Source: Deltaproteobacteria bacterium (GTDB taxonomy: Bacteria > Myxococcota_A > Polyangia > Fen-1088). Taken from it: a stretch of DNA of 64,000 nt. A program made the position numbers and the translations under genes. Below, one piece after another: positions 48,124 through 56,604 of the stretch. How positions within the stretch are numbered: position 1 is the stretch's first letter; each line of letters starts with the position of its first letter. The notes beneath the pieces were generated by a model. It worked only from the letters and a program-made list of their open reading frames with translations. It was not told where the DNA came from and did not search any database. The stretch is from assembly GCA_033763315.1 (NCBI GenBank), contig JANRKS010000005.1, positions 288,001 through 352,000 on the forward strand. The letters are read 5' to 3'.

Positions 48124-49851
48124 ATGTTCAAGTTGGTGCGGCTCGCTCTGCTTCTCACCCTGGTGATTCCACCACTGCAGGCGCACGCCCAGGGGGGGCG
48201 GGAGCGTGAGTTCGGGCAAACGCTCGTTTTAATCGTGGGCTGGAACGGCGGCGGCTTTGGGCTTCCGCCGCTGCGCTATGCCGACGACGACGCACTTCGC
48301 TTTGCTGCCACTTTGGGGGCCGATTCTTCAGGCCTCTTACGACCCAAGATGGTGGTGCTCACGCAGCTTGACGCGGAGACAGCTGCGCATGCGCCGAATG
48401 CGAATGTTGTTTCGGGGCCGCCGACGCGCGTGCGGTTGCGCGCCGCGATCGATGATTTCGTGCGTGACTTGGCCGCATCGAAGAAGCGGCACCGCGTGTT
48501 TGTGATCTACGCCGGCCACGGCCTCACCAATCGGCTGTTGCTTGCCCCTTCGGATGGCCAAGACGAAACTTTCTCTGGATACGAATTGCGTTCAGCGGTG
48601 ACCCAGCTTGCACAGGCCAACGCGCACGCTGAGATCTTCGTGTTCATCGACGCTTGCCGCTCGCAGAGCCTGTTTACAACACGCGGCGGATTGGACGGGC
48701 CCGATTTGAGCGCCGTCATAGACAACCTTGAACAACAACCGTTGGGCACGCAGGTGGGTGTGTTGACGGCGGCCACCAGCGCCAAGCCCGCAGGTGAACT
48801 GCACAGACTTGAATCAGGTTACTTCAGCCACGTCTTGCTCTCGGGCATTGTAGGCGCGGCGGATGCCGATGAGGACGAGCACGTCTCATTCGGGGAATTG
48901 GCAGCGTTTGTGAGCTTTCACACGCAGGCGATGATGGGGCAACGACCCTGGTTTAGCCCGCCGCATGGCGATCTAGGCAGCGTTCTGTTTGATCACAGCC
49001 GCGACAATCATCGCCTGGTGTTCCCGCGCGGCATGGATGGACACTTCGAGGTGCGGGCCGCGCAAGGTCGACCGCTGTTTGCTGAGCTGTTCAAAGACAA
49101 GAACCAGCGCATAACGCTGTCGTTGCCGCAAGGCCAGTATCAAGTGCTGCAGACTTCACCAGCGCAAGGCACACGGCAGGCGGCTGTGGAATTGGCCGCG
49201 CGGGGCAGCGTGGATGTGCAAACATCGGCTTGGCAAGTGGCAGGCGAAGCTTCGCGTGGTGAACAGGATGGCGTTGACGCGGACACTTTGGGCTTTCGCG
49301 CGCCATTTTCCAGCGACGTGGTCGCCACGCTCAGAAGCGGTTACGACAGTGGCCGCATGTCGGCGGTGAGCCCATCGGTCGAAGCGCGGGATGCGTTTGC
49401 CCTCGGCGCGGCCGCTGGCAGCATGCCCTTGTCCCTGGGCGGCGTAAGCTATGGCGTTGCTCTTGCGTATAGGCACTTGTTTTCGCATTGGTTCGTGGGT
49501 GTTGGTGGTTCGTTTCTGCGCGCATCACACGACTTGCCAGATGAGTCTTACACGCTGGTACAGCTCCCAGTGCAAGCGCAACTCGGTGCTTGGCATGCCT
49601 TTACGCCGGCATGGTGGGCGTCCACGTGGTTAAGTGGGGGCTCAAACAGCTTGTGGCGCATAGGATCAGAAACGACAGGCGATCGCTTGTTGCCACGCGT
49701 TGGCGCTGGTGTGTCAGTTTATCGACGGCTACAAGGGGCGTGGTTCTTGGGCGTGTCGCCGGCGCTGCACAGTCAATGGATTGCCGTTGATGGACGAGCG
49801 CAGGCAGATAAGGGAATGACGATCAATTTTGAGGTGAGCTATGTGCGTTGA
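48124..49851 (+). CDS. Exported caspase-family (peptidase C14) protein with probable C-terminal beta-barrel
   Basis: Signal peptide (AHA); LRYADDDA, YAGHG, FIDACRS dyad, ADADEDEHVSFGEL; amphipathic strands ending INFEVSYVR. Confidence 0.88.
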   Translation: MFKLVRLALLLTLVIPPLQAHAQGGREREFGQTLVLIVGWNGGGFGLPPLRYADDDALRFAATLGADSSGLLRPKMVVLTQLDAETAAHAPNANVVSGPPTRVRLRAAIDDFVRDLAASKKRHRVFVIYAGHGLTNRLLLAPSDGQDETFSGYELRSAVTQLAQANAHAEIFVFIDACRSQSLFTTRGGLDGPDLSAVIDNLEQQPLGTQVGVLTAATSAKPAGELHRLESGYFSHVLLSGIVGAADADEDEHVSFGELAAFVSFHTQAMMGQRPWFSPPHGDLGSVLFDHSRDNHRLVFPRGMDGHFEVRAAQGRPLFAELFKDKNQRITLSLPQGQYQVLQTSPAQGTRQAAVELAARGSVDVQTSAWQVAGEASRGEQDGVDADTLGFRAPFSSDVVATLRSGYDSGRMSAVSPSVEARDAFALGAAAGSMPLSLGGVSYGVALAYRHLFSHWFVGVGGSFLRASHDLPDESYTLVQLPVQAQLGAWHAFTPAWWASTWLSGGSNSLWRIGSETTGDRLLPRVGAGVSVYRRLQGAWFLGVSPALHSQWIAVDGRAQADKGMTINFEVSYVR

Positions 49852-49861
49852 GCGCAACCGG

Positions 49862-49890
49862 TTTGTCTGGTGCCAATGGATCTCGCATAG
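49862..49890 (+). promoter_or_regulatory. ECF promoter motif copy 2 (TTTGTCTG-N16-CATAG)
   Basis: 7 nt before ATG 49898. Confidence 0.75.
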
Positions 49891-49897
49891 AGGATGC

Positions 49898-50419
49898 ATG
49901 CGCCGTTTTTTTACGTTGGCTTTGACGCTTATCAGCGCGTGCAGCGTGCCGCCCCTGACCACTGAAGATCTCACAGGTGGCAAACGTGACGCTTCGAGCG
50001 TCGTGGCTGATGCGGCGCCTGCGAAGGTTGATGGCCCGTCTGACGCTGGCGTGGCGCCTGACGCATCCGAGCCGCGGCTGGATACCGCCCCTATGCTTGA
50101 TGGCGTTCTCAGCGGCATTGTGGTGGATGCCTGCACCGGCAAGGCGATCAATGCTTTGGTAGGCATCGCCGGTAAGCACTTATGTTCCTTTGCCGGCAAG
50201 GGAGGCTTCTATTTCACAGGCTTGCCCACGGGCATTGAACTCGAGTTGGCCAGCGCCGCTCCTGGTTACCAGGCATTTGGAAAAGCTGTGGTTATTTCGG
50301 CCGCCGGCACCACCGTTAAGATCGTTTTGGATCGTGTCGACGCGAGCTCGGAGGCGCCGTGCGGTGTGCCCGAACCACCGGAGCCGATGTGTTCGTGTCT
50401 GCAGCCGGGCTGCATCTGA
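49898..50419 (+). CDS. Lipoprotein with carboxypeptidase-regulatory-like (Ig/transthyretin-like) domain
   Basis: MRRFFTLALTLISAC; LSGIVVDACTG..I.ALV...GGFYFTGLP...APGY. Confidence 0.78.
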   Translation: MRRFFTLALTLISACSVPPLTTEDLTGGKRDASSVVADAAPAKVDGPSDAGVAPDASEPRLDTAPMLDGVLSGIVVDACTGKAINALVGIAGKHLCSFAGKGGFYFTGLPTGIELELASAAPGYQAFGKAVVISAAGTTVKIVLDRVDASSEAPCGVPEPPEPMCSCLQPGCI

Positions 50420-50436
50420 GGTGGGCCTTCGTGTTG

Positions 50437-50460
50437 AAAAGGCTGAAGCAACAGCCTTTT
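50437..50460. terminator. Hairpin/intrinsic terminator
   Basis: AAAAGGCTG-AAGCAA-CAGCCTTTT perfect inverted repeat after stop 50419. Confidence 0.65.
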
Positions 50461-50486
50461 GTCCGGAAACGAAGCGATGAACATAG
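50458..50486 (+). promoter_or_regulatory. ECF promoter motif copy 3 (TTTGTCCG-N16-CATAG)
   Basis: 7 nt before ATG 50494. Confidence 0.75.
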
Positions 50487-50493
50487 AACAGGT

Positions 50494-51600
50494 ATGCTCC
50501 AATCTCTTGCGCATGCTTTTCTGGGTTTGTGTCTAGCTTTTGGCGTCGCGGCCTGCGAAGCCGGATCGGGTGCTGACACGGATGCCACACCGCCAGACGC
50601 CGCCGCAGACACTGTGTTGCCGACTGCTGTTTCCCTCGGCAACGTACTTCTGCTGGCCGCCGCTTCTCACGCCGGGTGGGCGGTGCTGGCGCATGCCCCG
50701 ATGAACACCTCGGAGGCACCCGGCCAGCTGGTTTGGCTAAACAACGCGGGTAAGGCAGTCGGGGCACCACAAGCTTTGGCCGGGCGACCAACGACCTTGG
50801 CCACAGATGGCGAGCAGGCCATTGCTTGTTGGGATCGCGGCGGCGCAGTCACGTGCCAATGCCACGCGCGCGGCGGACAGGCGTCGCGTCTCACGTTTGA
50901 GGTCGCAGGGTCAAAGCCCTCGCTGGTTTTCGGCAACGAGACTTACCTGCTGGTTTATGTGGGGATCGACAAGCAGGTGCGTCTGCAACGGGTTGCTGCT
51001 GCGTGCGAACCCGTGGGAGAGACCGCGGTCTTGCATCAGGCGTTTCTTGAACAATACGGATATCAAATTCCCGTAATCTCGACCATGGGAGGATGGCTGG
51101 TGGCGGCGGGCGATCCCGTGCACTTGCACCGCTTAGGGCCGGATTTCACAGCCCTCCAAGCGCCCGTCGATCTGAAGATGCCCCCTTGGTTCTATGGCAG
51201 CCTCGCCGCAGTTGATGATGACTTCATGGTGTACCTGGCGAAGCCGTACGGCGGACAAATATTCCTGGTCCAAGGTGCGAAGGTCACCGAAGGATCCGAA
51301 ATAACGGCGGGAGGTAAGCAGGGGGCCGACGTTTTGTTGGCCACCGAGGGACGCCACGCTTTGGCTGTGTGGAACAGCGGAGGCTCACTTCAACAACACG
51401 AAATGGGCGCCGTTGCGGCCACGATGTTTGCCGCTGGGGACGCCACCACACCGAAGCCGCTGGGAATGCAGATGGAGGACTGGTCGCGTTACGCTCTTGT
51501 GAAGATAGGTGACCAGCAAAGACTGGCGGCCAGAGTGGAGGGCGAACTGAAACTGTTCAACTTGCACGGCTTCGAGCCGTCGCACTTAGGTGAGCGCTAA
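50494..51600 (+). CDS. Lipoprotein, beta-rich (propeller-like), unknown function
   Basis: Start refined to MLQSLAHAFLGLCLAFGVAAC (lipobox). Confidence 0.7.
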   Translation: MLQSLAHAFLGLCLAFGVAACEAGSGADTDATPPDAAADTVLPTAVSLGNVLLLAAASHAGWAVLAHAPMNTSEAPGQLVWLNNAGKAVGAPQALAGRPTTLATDGEQAIACWDRGGAVTCQCHARGGQASRLTFEVAGSKPSLVFGNETYLLVYVGIDKQVRLQRVAAACEPVGETAVLHQAFLEQYGYQIPVISTMGGWLVAAGDPVHLHRLGPDFTALQAPVDLKMPPWFYGSLAAVDDDFMVYLAKPYGGQIFLVQGAKVTEGSEITAGGKQGADVLLATEGRHALAVWNSGGSLQQHEMGAVAATMFAAGDATTPKPLGMQMEDWSRYALVKIGDQQRLAARVEGELKLFNLHGFEPSHLGER

Positions 51601-52580
51601 TCTGAATGCGTTGTCGTAGGTGATGCCTCGGCGAACCTATCAAGCGCCTCGAGCAGCGCCTTTCGTTTTGTGATGCTTGGCAAGTGCCCCGTGTCATCGA
51701 TCGTGTAAAGGCGAGAGCCCACCCATGCGCGGGACAGGGACCAGGCGGTCTCAATGGGACAACTCAGGTCGTGGCGACCATGTATGAGCACGCCCGCAAT
51801 GCCGAACAGCTGGTGGGCGTCGCGAACCAGCGCGCCTTCTTCAAGCCAAGCCCCATGTTGAATGTAATGGGTGCAGATCCGCACGAGAGCGATCATCGCG
51901 GCCTCGGGTAGATCGCTATACACGTTGTAATGGGAGTTCGGTTCAAGCGAAAGCACCGCGTCCTCCCAGGCGCACCATGCACGCGCGGCAGCCAGGCGCA
52001 CCGCCTCAGTGGGGCTCTGCAACCTGCGGGCATACGCGGCGACGAGATCTTGGTCGACGTTTACTTCGCTCACGTGGTCGCGAAACCTCTGCCACGCCTC
52101 GGGAAACAAACGCGCGACGCCACCGCCATACAGCCACGCAGCTTCGCTTCGACGCGAGGTCGTCACATCGGTGAGCACCATCTGAGTAACACGGCTAGGG
52201 TGGCGCTGCGCGTATGCGAGCGCCAGGGTTACGCCCCACGAACCTCCGACCACCAACCAGCGCTCGATGCCCAGATACAAACGCAAGGCCTCCATGTCCT
52301 GTACCAAGTGCGATGTGGTGTTTGCGGCCATATCGGTGGTGGGATCGCTTGCGTGCGGCGTCGAGCGGCCGCACCCACGCTGATCAAACAGCACAATTCG
52401 ATACCGCGCAGGATTGAATGCCTGACGCATCCGCGGCGCACAACCTTGCCCCGGACCGCCGTGCAAAAGGACGGCTGGCTTGCCATGCGGGTTGCCGCTC
52501 ACTTCCCACGCAATGCGATTTCCTTCGCCCACGCTTAACATGCCATGGTCGTAGGGCTCAATCGGCGGGTAAAGATCCAT
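51597..52580 (-). CDS. pip: Prolyl aminopeptidase (proline iminopeptidase)
   Basis: LHGGPG, FDQRGCGRSTP, GGSWG, HGRHD, TGH. Confidence 0.95.
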   Translation of the reverse strand: MDLYPPIEPYDHGMLSVGEGNRIAWEVSGNPHGKPAVLLHGGPGQGCAPRMRQAFNPARYRIVLFDQRGCGRSTPHASDPTTDMAANTTSHLVQDMEALRLYLGIERWLVVGGSWGVTLALAYAQRHPSRVTQMVLTDVTTSRRSEAAWLYGGGVARLFPEAWQRFRDHVSEVNVDQDLVAAYARRLQSPTEAVRLAAARAWCAWEDAVLSLEPNSHYNVYSDLPEAAMIALVRICTHYIQHGAWLEEGALVRDAHQLFGIAGVLIHGRHDLSCPIETAWSLSRAWVGSRLYTIDDTGHLPSITKRKALLEALDRFAEASPTTTHSD

Positions 52581-52718
52581 CAGGTCAACTCAGGTGGTGG
52601 GACCTTCACACATAGGCATCAAGCCCGCAAGAGAACCGCAAAAAGACACCAGGGCCTGAACGCAGGTGCTTGGTGGTTTGGGGTATCCTGGTCGTGAGAC
52701 TGCGGAGGGGGTGCCGCG

Positions 52719-53318
52719 ATGAAACCAACGAAGCCGGCACAAGAAATCACGAAGCTTGAGGTTAAATCTCGAAAAGAACTGCGGCGTTGGCTGCAGAAAA
52801 ACCACGCACAATCCAGAGGCTGTTGGGTGATCACGTTCAAAAAGCATGTGGGCAAATGGCAAACCACCGCTGAAGAAGTGGGTGAGGAGGCCCTTTGTTT
52901 CGGGTGGGTAGATAGCAAAGTGGGTAAGGTGGATGCCGATCGGTCGATGCTGTTGATCACGCCTCGAAAGCCAAACAGCCGGTGGTCCCGCACCAATAAG
53001 CAGCGCATCGCAAAACTTGAGCAGGCGGGCTTGCTAGAGCCCGCGGGCGCGGCAATGGTGGCGCTGGCCAAATCATCCGGAACATGGAGCGCGCTTGATG
53101 CCGTTGAGGATCTGGTGTTGCCGCCAGATCTCAAAGCGCGCTTCAAGCTGGAAGCCAAGGTGGCGCTGCAAAACTTTGATGCTTTCCCACGCTCCGTCAA
53201 ACGCGGAATCTTGGAATGGATTCTCACCGCCAAGAAACCTCAAACGCGGGCCGACCGCATCGAACAAACGGTTACCATGGCGGCGCGAAACGAACGCGCC
53301 AACCAGTGGCGGCCGTAG
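52719..53318 (+). CDS. YdeI/OmpD-associated family protein
   Basis: EALCFGWVDS, PRKPNSRWS..NK, AKKPQTRADRI. Confidence 0.9.
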   Translation: MKPTKPAQEITKLEVKSRKELRRWLQKNHAQSRGCWVITFKKHVGKWQTTAEEVGEEALCFGWVDSKVGKVDADRSMLLITPRKPNSRWSRTNKQRIAKLEQAGLLEPAGAAMVALAKSSGTWSALDAVEDLVLPPDLKARFKLEAKVALQNFDAFPRSVKRGILEWILTAKKPQTRADRIEQTVTMAARNERANQWRP

Positions 53319-53399
53319 GGGATTTGTGGATTGCTTCGTAGCACGTGTGGTGGGCCAAGCGGGTGGTAGTGGCGCCGCGTTGCTCTCCCCGCTGAGCGC

Positions 53400-53876
53400 T
53401 CACGGAAGCGGCATCCACATACGCTCAACGCGGGTACCAAACCCCAGCTTCATAAACGCGCGTTTGGCGTCGGAGTTGAACGAATACACATCAAGATGAA
53501 GTTCTGTAATGCCTTCGGCCTCGGCCGCGCCTCGCATCGCTGTAACCAGCGCACGAGCAATGCCTTCGCGCCGTCGTTCGCTCTTCACGAAGATTTGATC
53601 GATGTAGAGCCAGTGATAAGCAAAGGCCATTTCTCTTTGCTCACCCTCCTTAACGGTGCCAACCACATAGCCCACCGTCTCGTCGTCGCTTTTTGCCACG
53701 AAAGCACGTGTATCGGGGGCCGAGAGCTGGACAGACATGATCTTGCCCAGCTGTTCAGGCGACACGGAACGAAAATACCATCCCACGTGTGCCACGTGCA
53801 TCTCGTGAACAAACGTTTGCAGCCGACCAATGGCCTCGGCGTCTTTGATCGTGGCGACCGCAATGTGCATGCGCAC
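53400..53876 (-). CDS. GNAT family N-acetyltransferase
   Basis: IFVKSERRREGIARAL, LDVYSFN..A..F..LGF. Confidence 0.88.
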   Translation of the reverse strand: MRMHIAVATIKDAEAIGRLQTFVHEMHVAHVGWYFRSVSPEQLGKIMSVQLSAPDTRAFVAKSDDETVGYVVGTVKEGEQREMAFAYHWLYIDQIFVKSERRREGIARALVTAMRGAAEAEGITELHLDVYSFNSDAKRAFMKLGFGTRVERMWMPLP

Positions 53877-54156
53877 CTACTGTACACGTCGTAGTGCGCC
53901 GCGGGCAAATGGGTGACCTTTGGGGTTTTTCGTATTTGCGGATCAGGTGACACAGCTGGGTGAAGAATTTGCAGTCGTCCAAATAAGCGCAAGCAGACGC
54001 CTGCGAGCAAGAAGGGTAGGGCCAGAAACTTTCCCGGCCACACTCCCATTATGAACCCCCACGCGGTCACGGCGACCTTACCCACGACGAGCACCGCCAA
54101 CGCCAAACTATAAGCACCGTTAGCTCAGCTTTGAATGATGGCCCAGCATTTGCGGC

Positions 54157-54212
54157 AAGAGAACCTGCCCTTGCGATTCGCTGTGAGCAATACAACGGGC
54201 ATAGGTTCTCTT
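54157..54212. other. Long hairpin directly downstream of the toxin gene
   Basis: AAGAGAACCT-GCCC ... GGGC-AT-AGGTTCTCTT inverted repeat overlapping the stop codon. Confidence 0.55.
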
Positions 54213-54870
54213 AACGACCCATGGACTGATCTCGTCGCCAAAGCGAGACACCCTTTTCGAGTTCTTTCTTCACGATTGACCATGATCGCTCATACCCCTC
54301 GGGAGACGGATCGCGTTCTGCATCCATGAAATATGTAAGCGCCAAGGCGACCTGGCTCGGCGCTAGAGGCAAGTTCTTTGCGGCGTGGTCAATGAATCGG
54401 CCAAGTGACCACCCCGGTGACTTGGATATCTCAAGGACATCTATCAGGTCTCGCTTCGTTCCTCTGTCATGAACGGCAGCAGCCTTCATCACAGCGAGCA
54501 TTTCAAGCTTTGCAACCGGAATCGCAACGGCCCCTATCTTGATCGGCGCCACCTTCGGGGGCACCTGCCGATAGGCGATGAAGCTGGTTTCGAAATTGCC
54601 GTAGTAGGCCCGCACCGTATGGGCGCTGTTTTGGGCAATACTTGTTGGCTTCTCACCCAGGGCACTTAGCTCCTTCTTCAACGCTTCTGCGTCAAATGCC
54701 TGCGCGGTGAACCAATCCAAATCGCGGGAAATGCGGTGCTTGAGCAGCAGCCCCATGGCCGTGCCGCCCGCAAGAAAGAAACCCTTCTTCTTCACAAGGT
54801 CCGCTTGCAAGCCAATGATGCGGATCTTCTCCGCATCGAGGATCTTCTTCTTCGTCGTCAACCCGCCCAC
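54211..54870 (-). CDS. AbiEii/AbiGii-family nucleotidyltransferase (type IV TA toxin)
   Basis: FFLAGGTA...HRISRDLDWF, MKAAAVHDRG.KRDLID. Confidence 0.9.
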   Translation of the reverse strand: MGGLTTKKKILDAEKIRIIGLQADLVKKKGFFLAGGTAMGLLLKHRISRDLDWFTAQAFDAEALKKELSALGEKPTSIAQNSAHTVRAYYGNFETSFIAYRQVPPKVAPIKIGAVAIPVAKLEMLAVMKAAAVHDRGTKRDLIDVLEISKSPGWSLGRFIDHAAKNLPLAPSQVALALTYFMDAERDPSPEGYERSWSIVKKELEKGVSLWRRDQSMGR

Positions 54871-55334
54871 TCAAATCCAAGAAACGCGCGCTCTGGCACG
54901 TCTTGCGTTGTAAGTAAGTAGCGCTTCCGCAAAAGCTTTCTCTCGGGCTCGTTAAATCCCGCCCCTGCGTATTGTCGCAGCAATTCACGCACGCCCGTTT
55001 CTGAAAGCATTCCCTTAAGCCACCTCCGAGCCGGCCGCGAACCCCTACGAACTATCTCTCGCACAATTGCGTAACGATGGTCCTGCTGCATCCAATCAAG
55101 CTTCGCCACGTCGTAGGTCTTCAAAAGCTGCGCCACCGGCAGCGGCAACGGCACGTTCGCCGGGGGCTTAGCTTTGGATCTAACCGTGCTCCAGCGCTTC
55201 TGAGCAGCCAGCTGCGCAATTTCTCTACGCCGTTGAGGCGACAACGACAAGGCGCGCGCACGCCCGCCCAATGGGCCTCCCTTAAGGCCCCCAAGCCGGC
55301 CCAATGCCACTGCATGAGGATTCTTCGTCGTCAC
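54858..55334 (-). CDS. Putative antitoxin: basic KGG-like N-terminal module fused to a DUF6922-like domain
   Basis: KNPHAVALGRLGGLKGG...RRREIAQLAAQKRW, then TYDVAKLD...IVREIVRRG...RWL; overlaps the toxin start. Confidence 0.72.
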   Translation of the reverse strand: MTTKNPHAVALGRLGGLKGGPLGGRARALSLSPQRRREIAQLAAQKRWSTVRSKAKPPANVPLPLPVAQLLKTYDVAKLDWMQQDHRYAIVREIVRRGSRPARRWLKGMLSETGVRELLRQYAGAGFNEPERKLLRKRYLLTTQDVPERAFLGFEWAG

Positions 55335-55351
55335 TCATTGATGGTACCACC

Positions 55352-55373
55352 ATACTTAGTCCGGTTCAAGCAT
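55352..55373. promoter_or_regulatory. Imperfect palindrome upstream of the TA operon (candidate operator)
   Basis: ATACTTAGTCCGGTTCAAGCAT, 14 of 22 positions self-complementary, centred on CCGG. Confidence 0.35.
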
Positions 55374-55540
55374 ATGGTAGGTCCTGTAGAACATGGAGTT
55401 GCGGAGGGACTTCGGTGAAAGGACCTCAAAATAGACGCCTTCGCTGGGCGAGAGAACCGGCAGGGTGGAGGGACGGCCCCATCACGATTGCATTGATTTC
55501 GGCGCCGCGGCGTGGATAGTAGGCGTTGCGGTCACATTGC

Positions 55541-55960
55541 ATGCAAAGCCAGCTCCTTCTTTTTAGTGTTCCCGCGATCACCGCCGTGGCCGGCATTGTC
55601 ACAATTGCAGTCGTGAACGGAGGAGGGCGAGGCTTCTTCGATATCGGGCGGCCGGTGATAGTGATGGTGTTCTTTGTCTGGGCCTTGATCACCATCGCGT
55701 GGCTAACTGTGATCGGTTTGCTGCACAGGGGATCGATAGGCGCGGGGCGACTGGCATACCTTCTCGGCGCCTGGTTGTTGGTATTTGCGTTGCCTCTGAT
55801 TGATCGGGTGGTCAGCGCGCAGCAGATCGATGGTGATTCTCAATCGATTCTGCACTGGGTTGAAGCCATGATCGTCGTTCACGGCCTCCTTGCAACCTGG
55901 CACTTGGTTCTTCGTCGGCGCCGAAACGAGATGACCTCCTTGAGAGGACGCGAGTACTAA
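55541..55960 (+). CDS. Small membrane protein (about 4 TM)
   Basis: Four hydrophobic segments and a basic C-terminus. Confidence 0.55.
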   Translation: MQSQLLLFSVPAITAVAGIVTIAVVNGGGRGFFDIGRPVIVMVFFVWALITIAWLTVIGLLHRGSIGAGRLAYLLGAWLLVFALPLIDRVVSAQQIDGDSQSILHWVEAMIVVHGLLATWHLVLRRRRNEMTSLRGREY

Positions 55961-55980
55961 CCCATACTTGTGTTGAAGCT

Positions 55981-56322
55981 ATGGCGGTACCAGACTTGGA
56001 AAGGCAACGGGTCACGCGCGCTTTGACAAGGGTATGTGACAAGGTTCCCTTGCATGTGCGATCCCAGTTGAGCCATCATTTTCGCTTCGTGGGCTCTGCA
56101 GTCGAATTGTTCGAACGCCGGACAGGGTACTCCGACGAAAAGGGGCCCATCGAACATATCGTGGCAAAGTTCCGCTACAACGCCCGCAAGGGCAGCTGGA
56201 CCTTGTACTGGTCAGATCGCAACTTGAAGTGGCATGAGTATGAGGGCTTCAAGGACCGTCGAAATGTTCTGGAACTCATCGCTGAAGTGGAACGAGACCC
56301 TACGCACATCTTCTTCGGCTGA
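55981..56322 (+). CDS. DUF3024 family protein
   Basis: VPLHVR.QL...VAKFRY...WTLYWSDRNLKWHEY...DPTHIFFG. Confidence 0.88.
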   Translation: MAVPDLERQRVTRALTRVCDKVPLHVRSQLSHHFRFVGSAVELFERRTGYSDEKGPIEHIVAKFRYNARKGSWTLYWSDRNLKWHEYEGFKDRRNVLELIAEVERDPTHIFFG

Positions 56323-56604
56323 GGGGCACGAACCCGCACTGTGTGTGTTTTGATCGCGGAGCGTACCGTTGGGCCGCAGGCTCGAGGGACGGCCTGCCGC
56401 GCACGCCAACTCAGCACCTCAAAGCACAAGCTAGGCTTGGCTTGCGTAGCTTGTGCGCCGTCTGGCCTTTCAGCCGTGGCCCAGGATCATGTTTGTGGAC
56501 ACGCGTGGCGTGCGTGCAGGTTAAAGCCCATTGCTGGTGAGGCGGCGCTAGGACGACGCAACGAAAAAGGCGTTCATGGCGCGAGCCACTTCGGCCCCGA
56601 CGAA

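Noticed and set aside
53585-54106. 173-aa minus-strand ORF with a hydrophobic start
   Set aside because: Overlaps the GNAT gene out of frame, has a weak TTG start and no recognisable family; at most a fragment
54114-54190. Complete tRNA gene starting GCACCGTTAGCTCAG
   Set aside because: No D-loop GG, anticodon arm, T-loop GTTCRA or matching 3' acceptor strand
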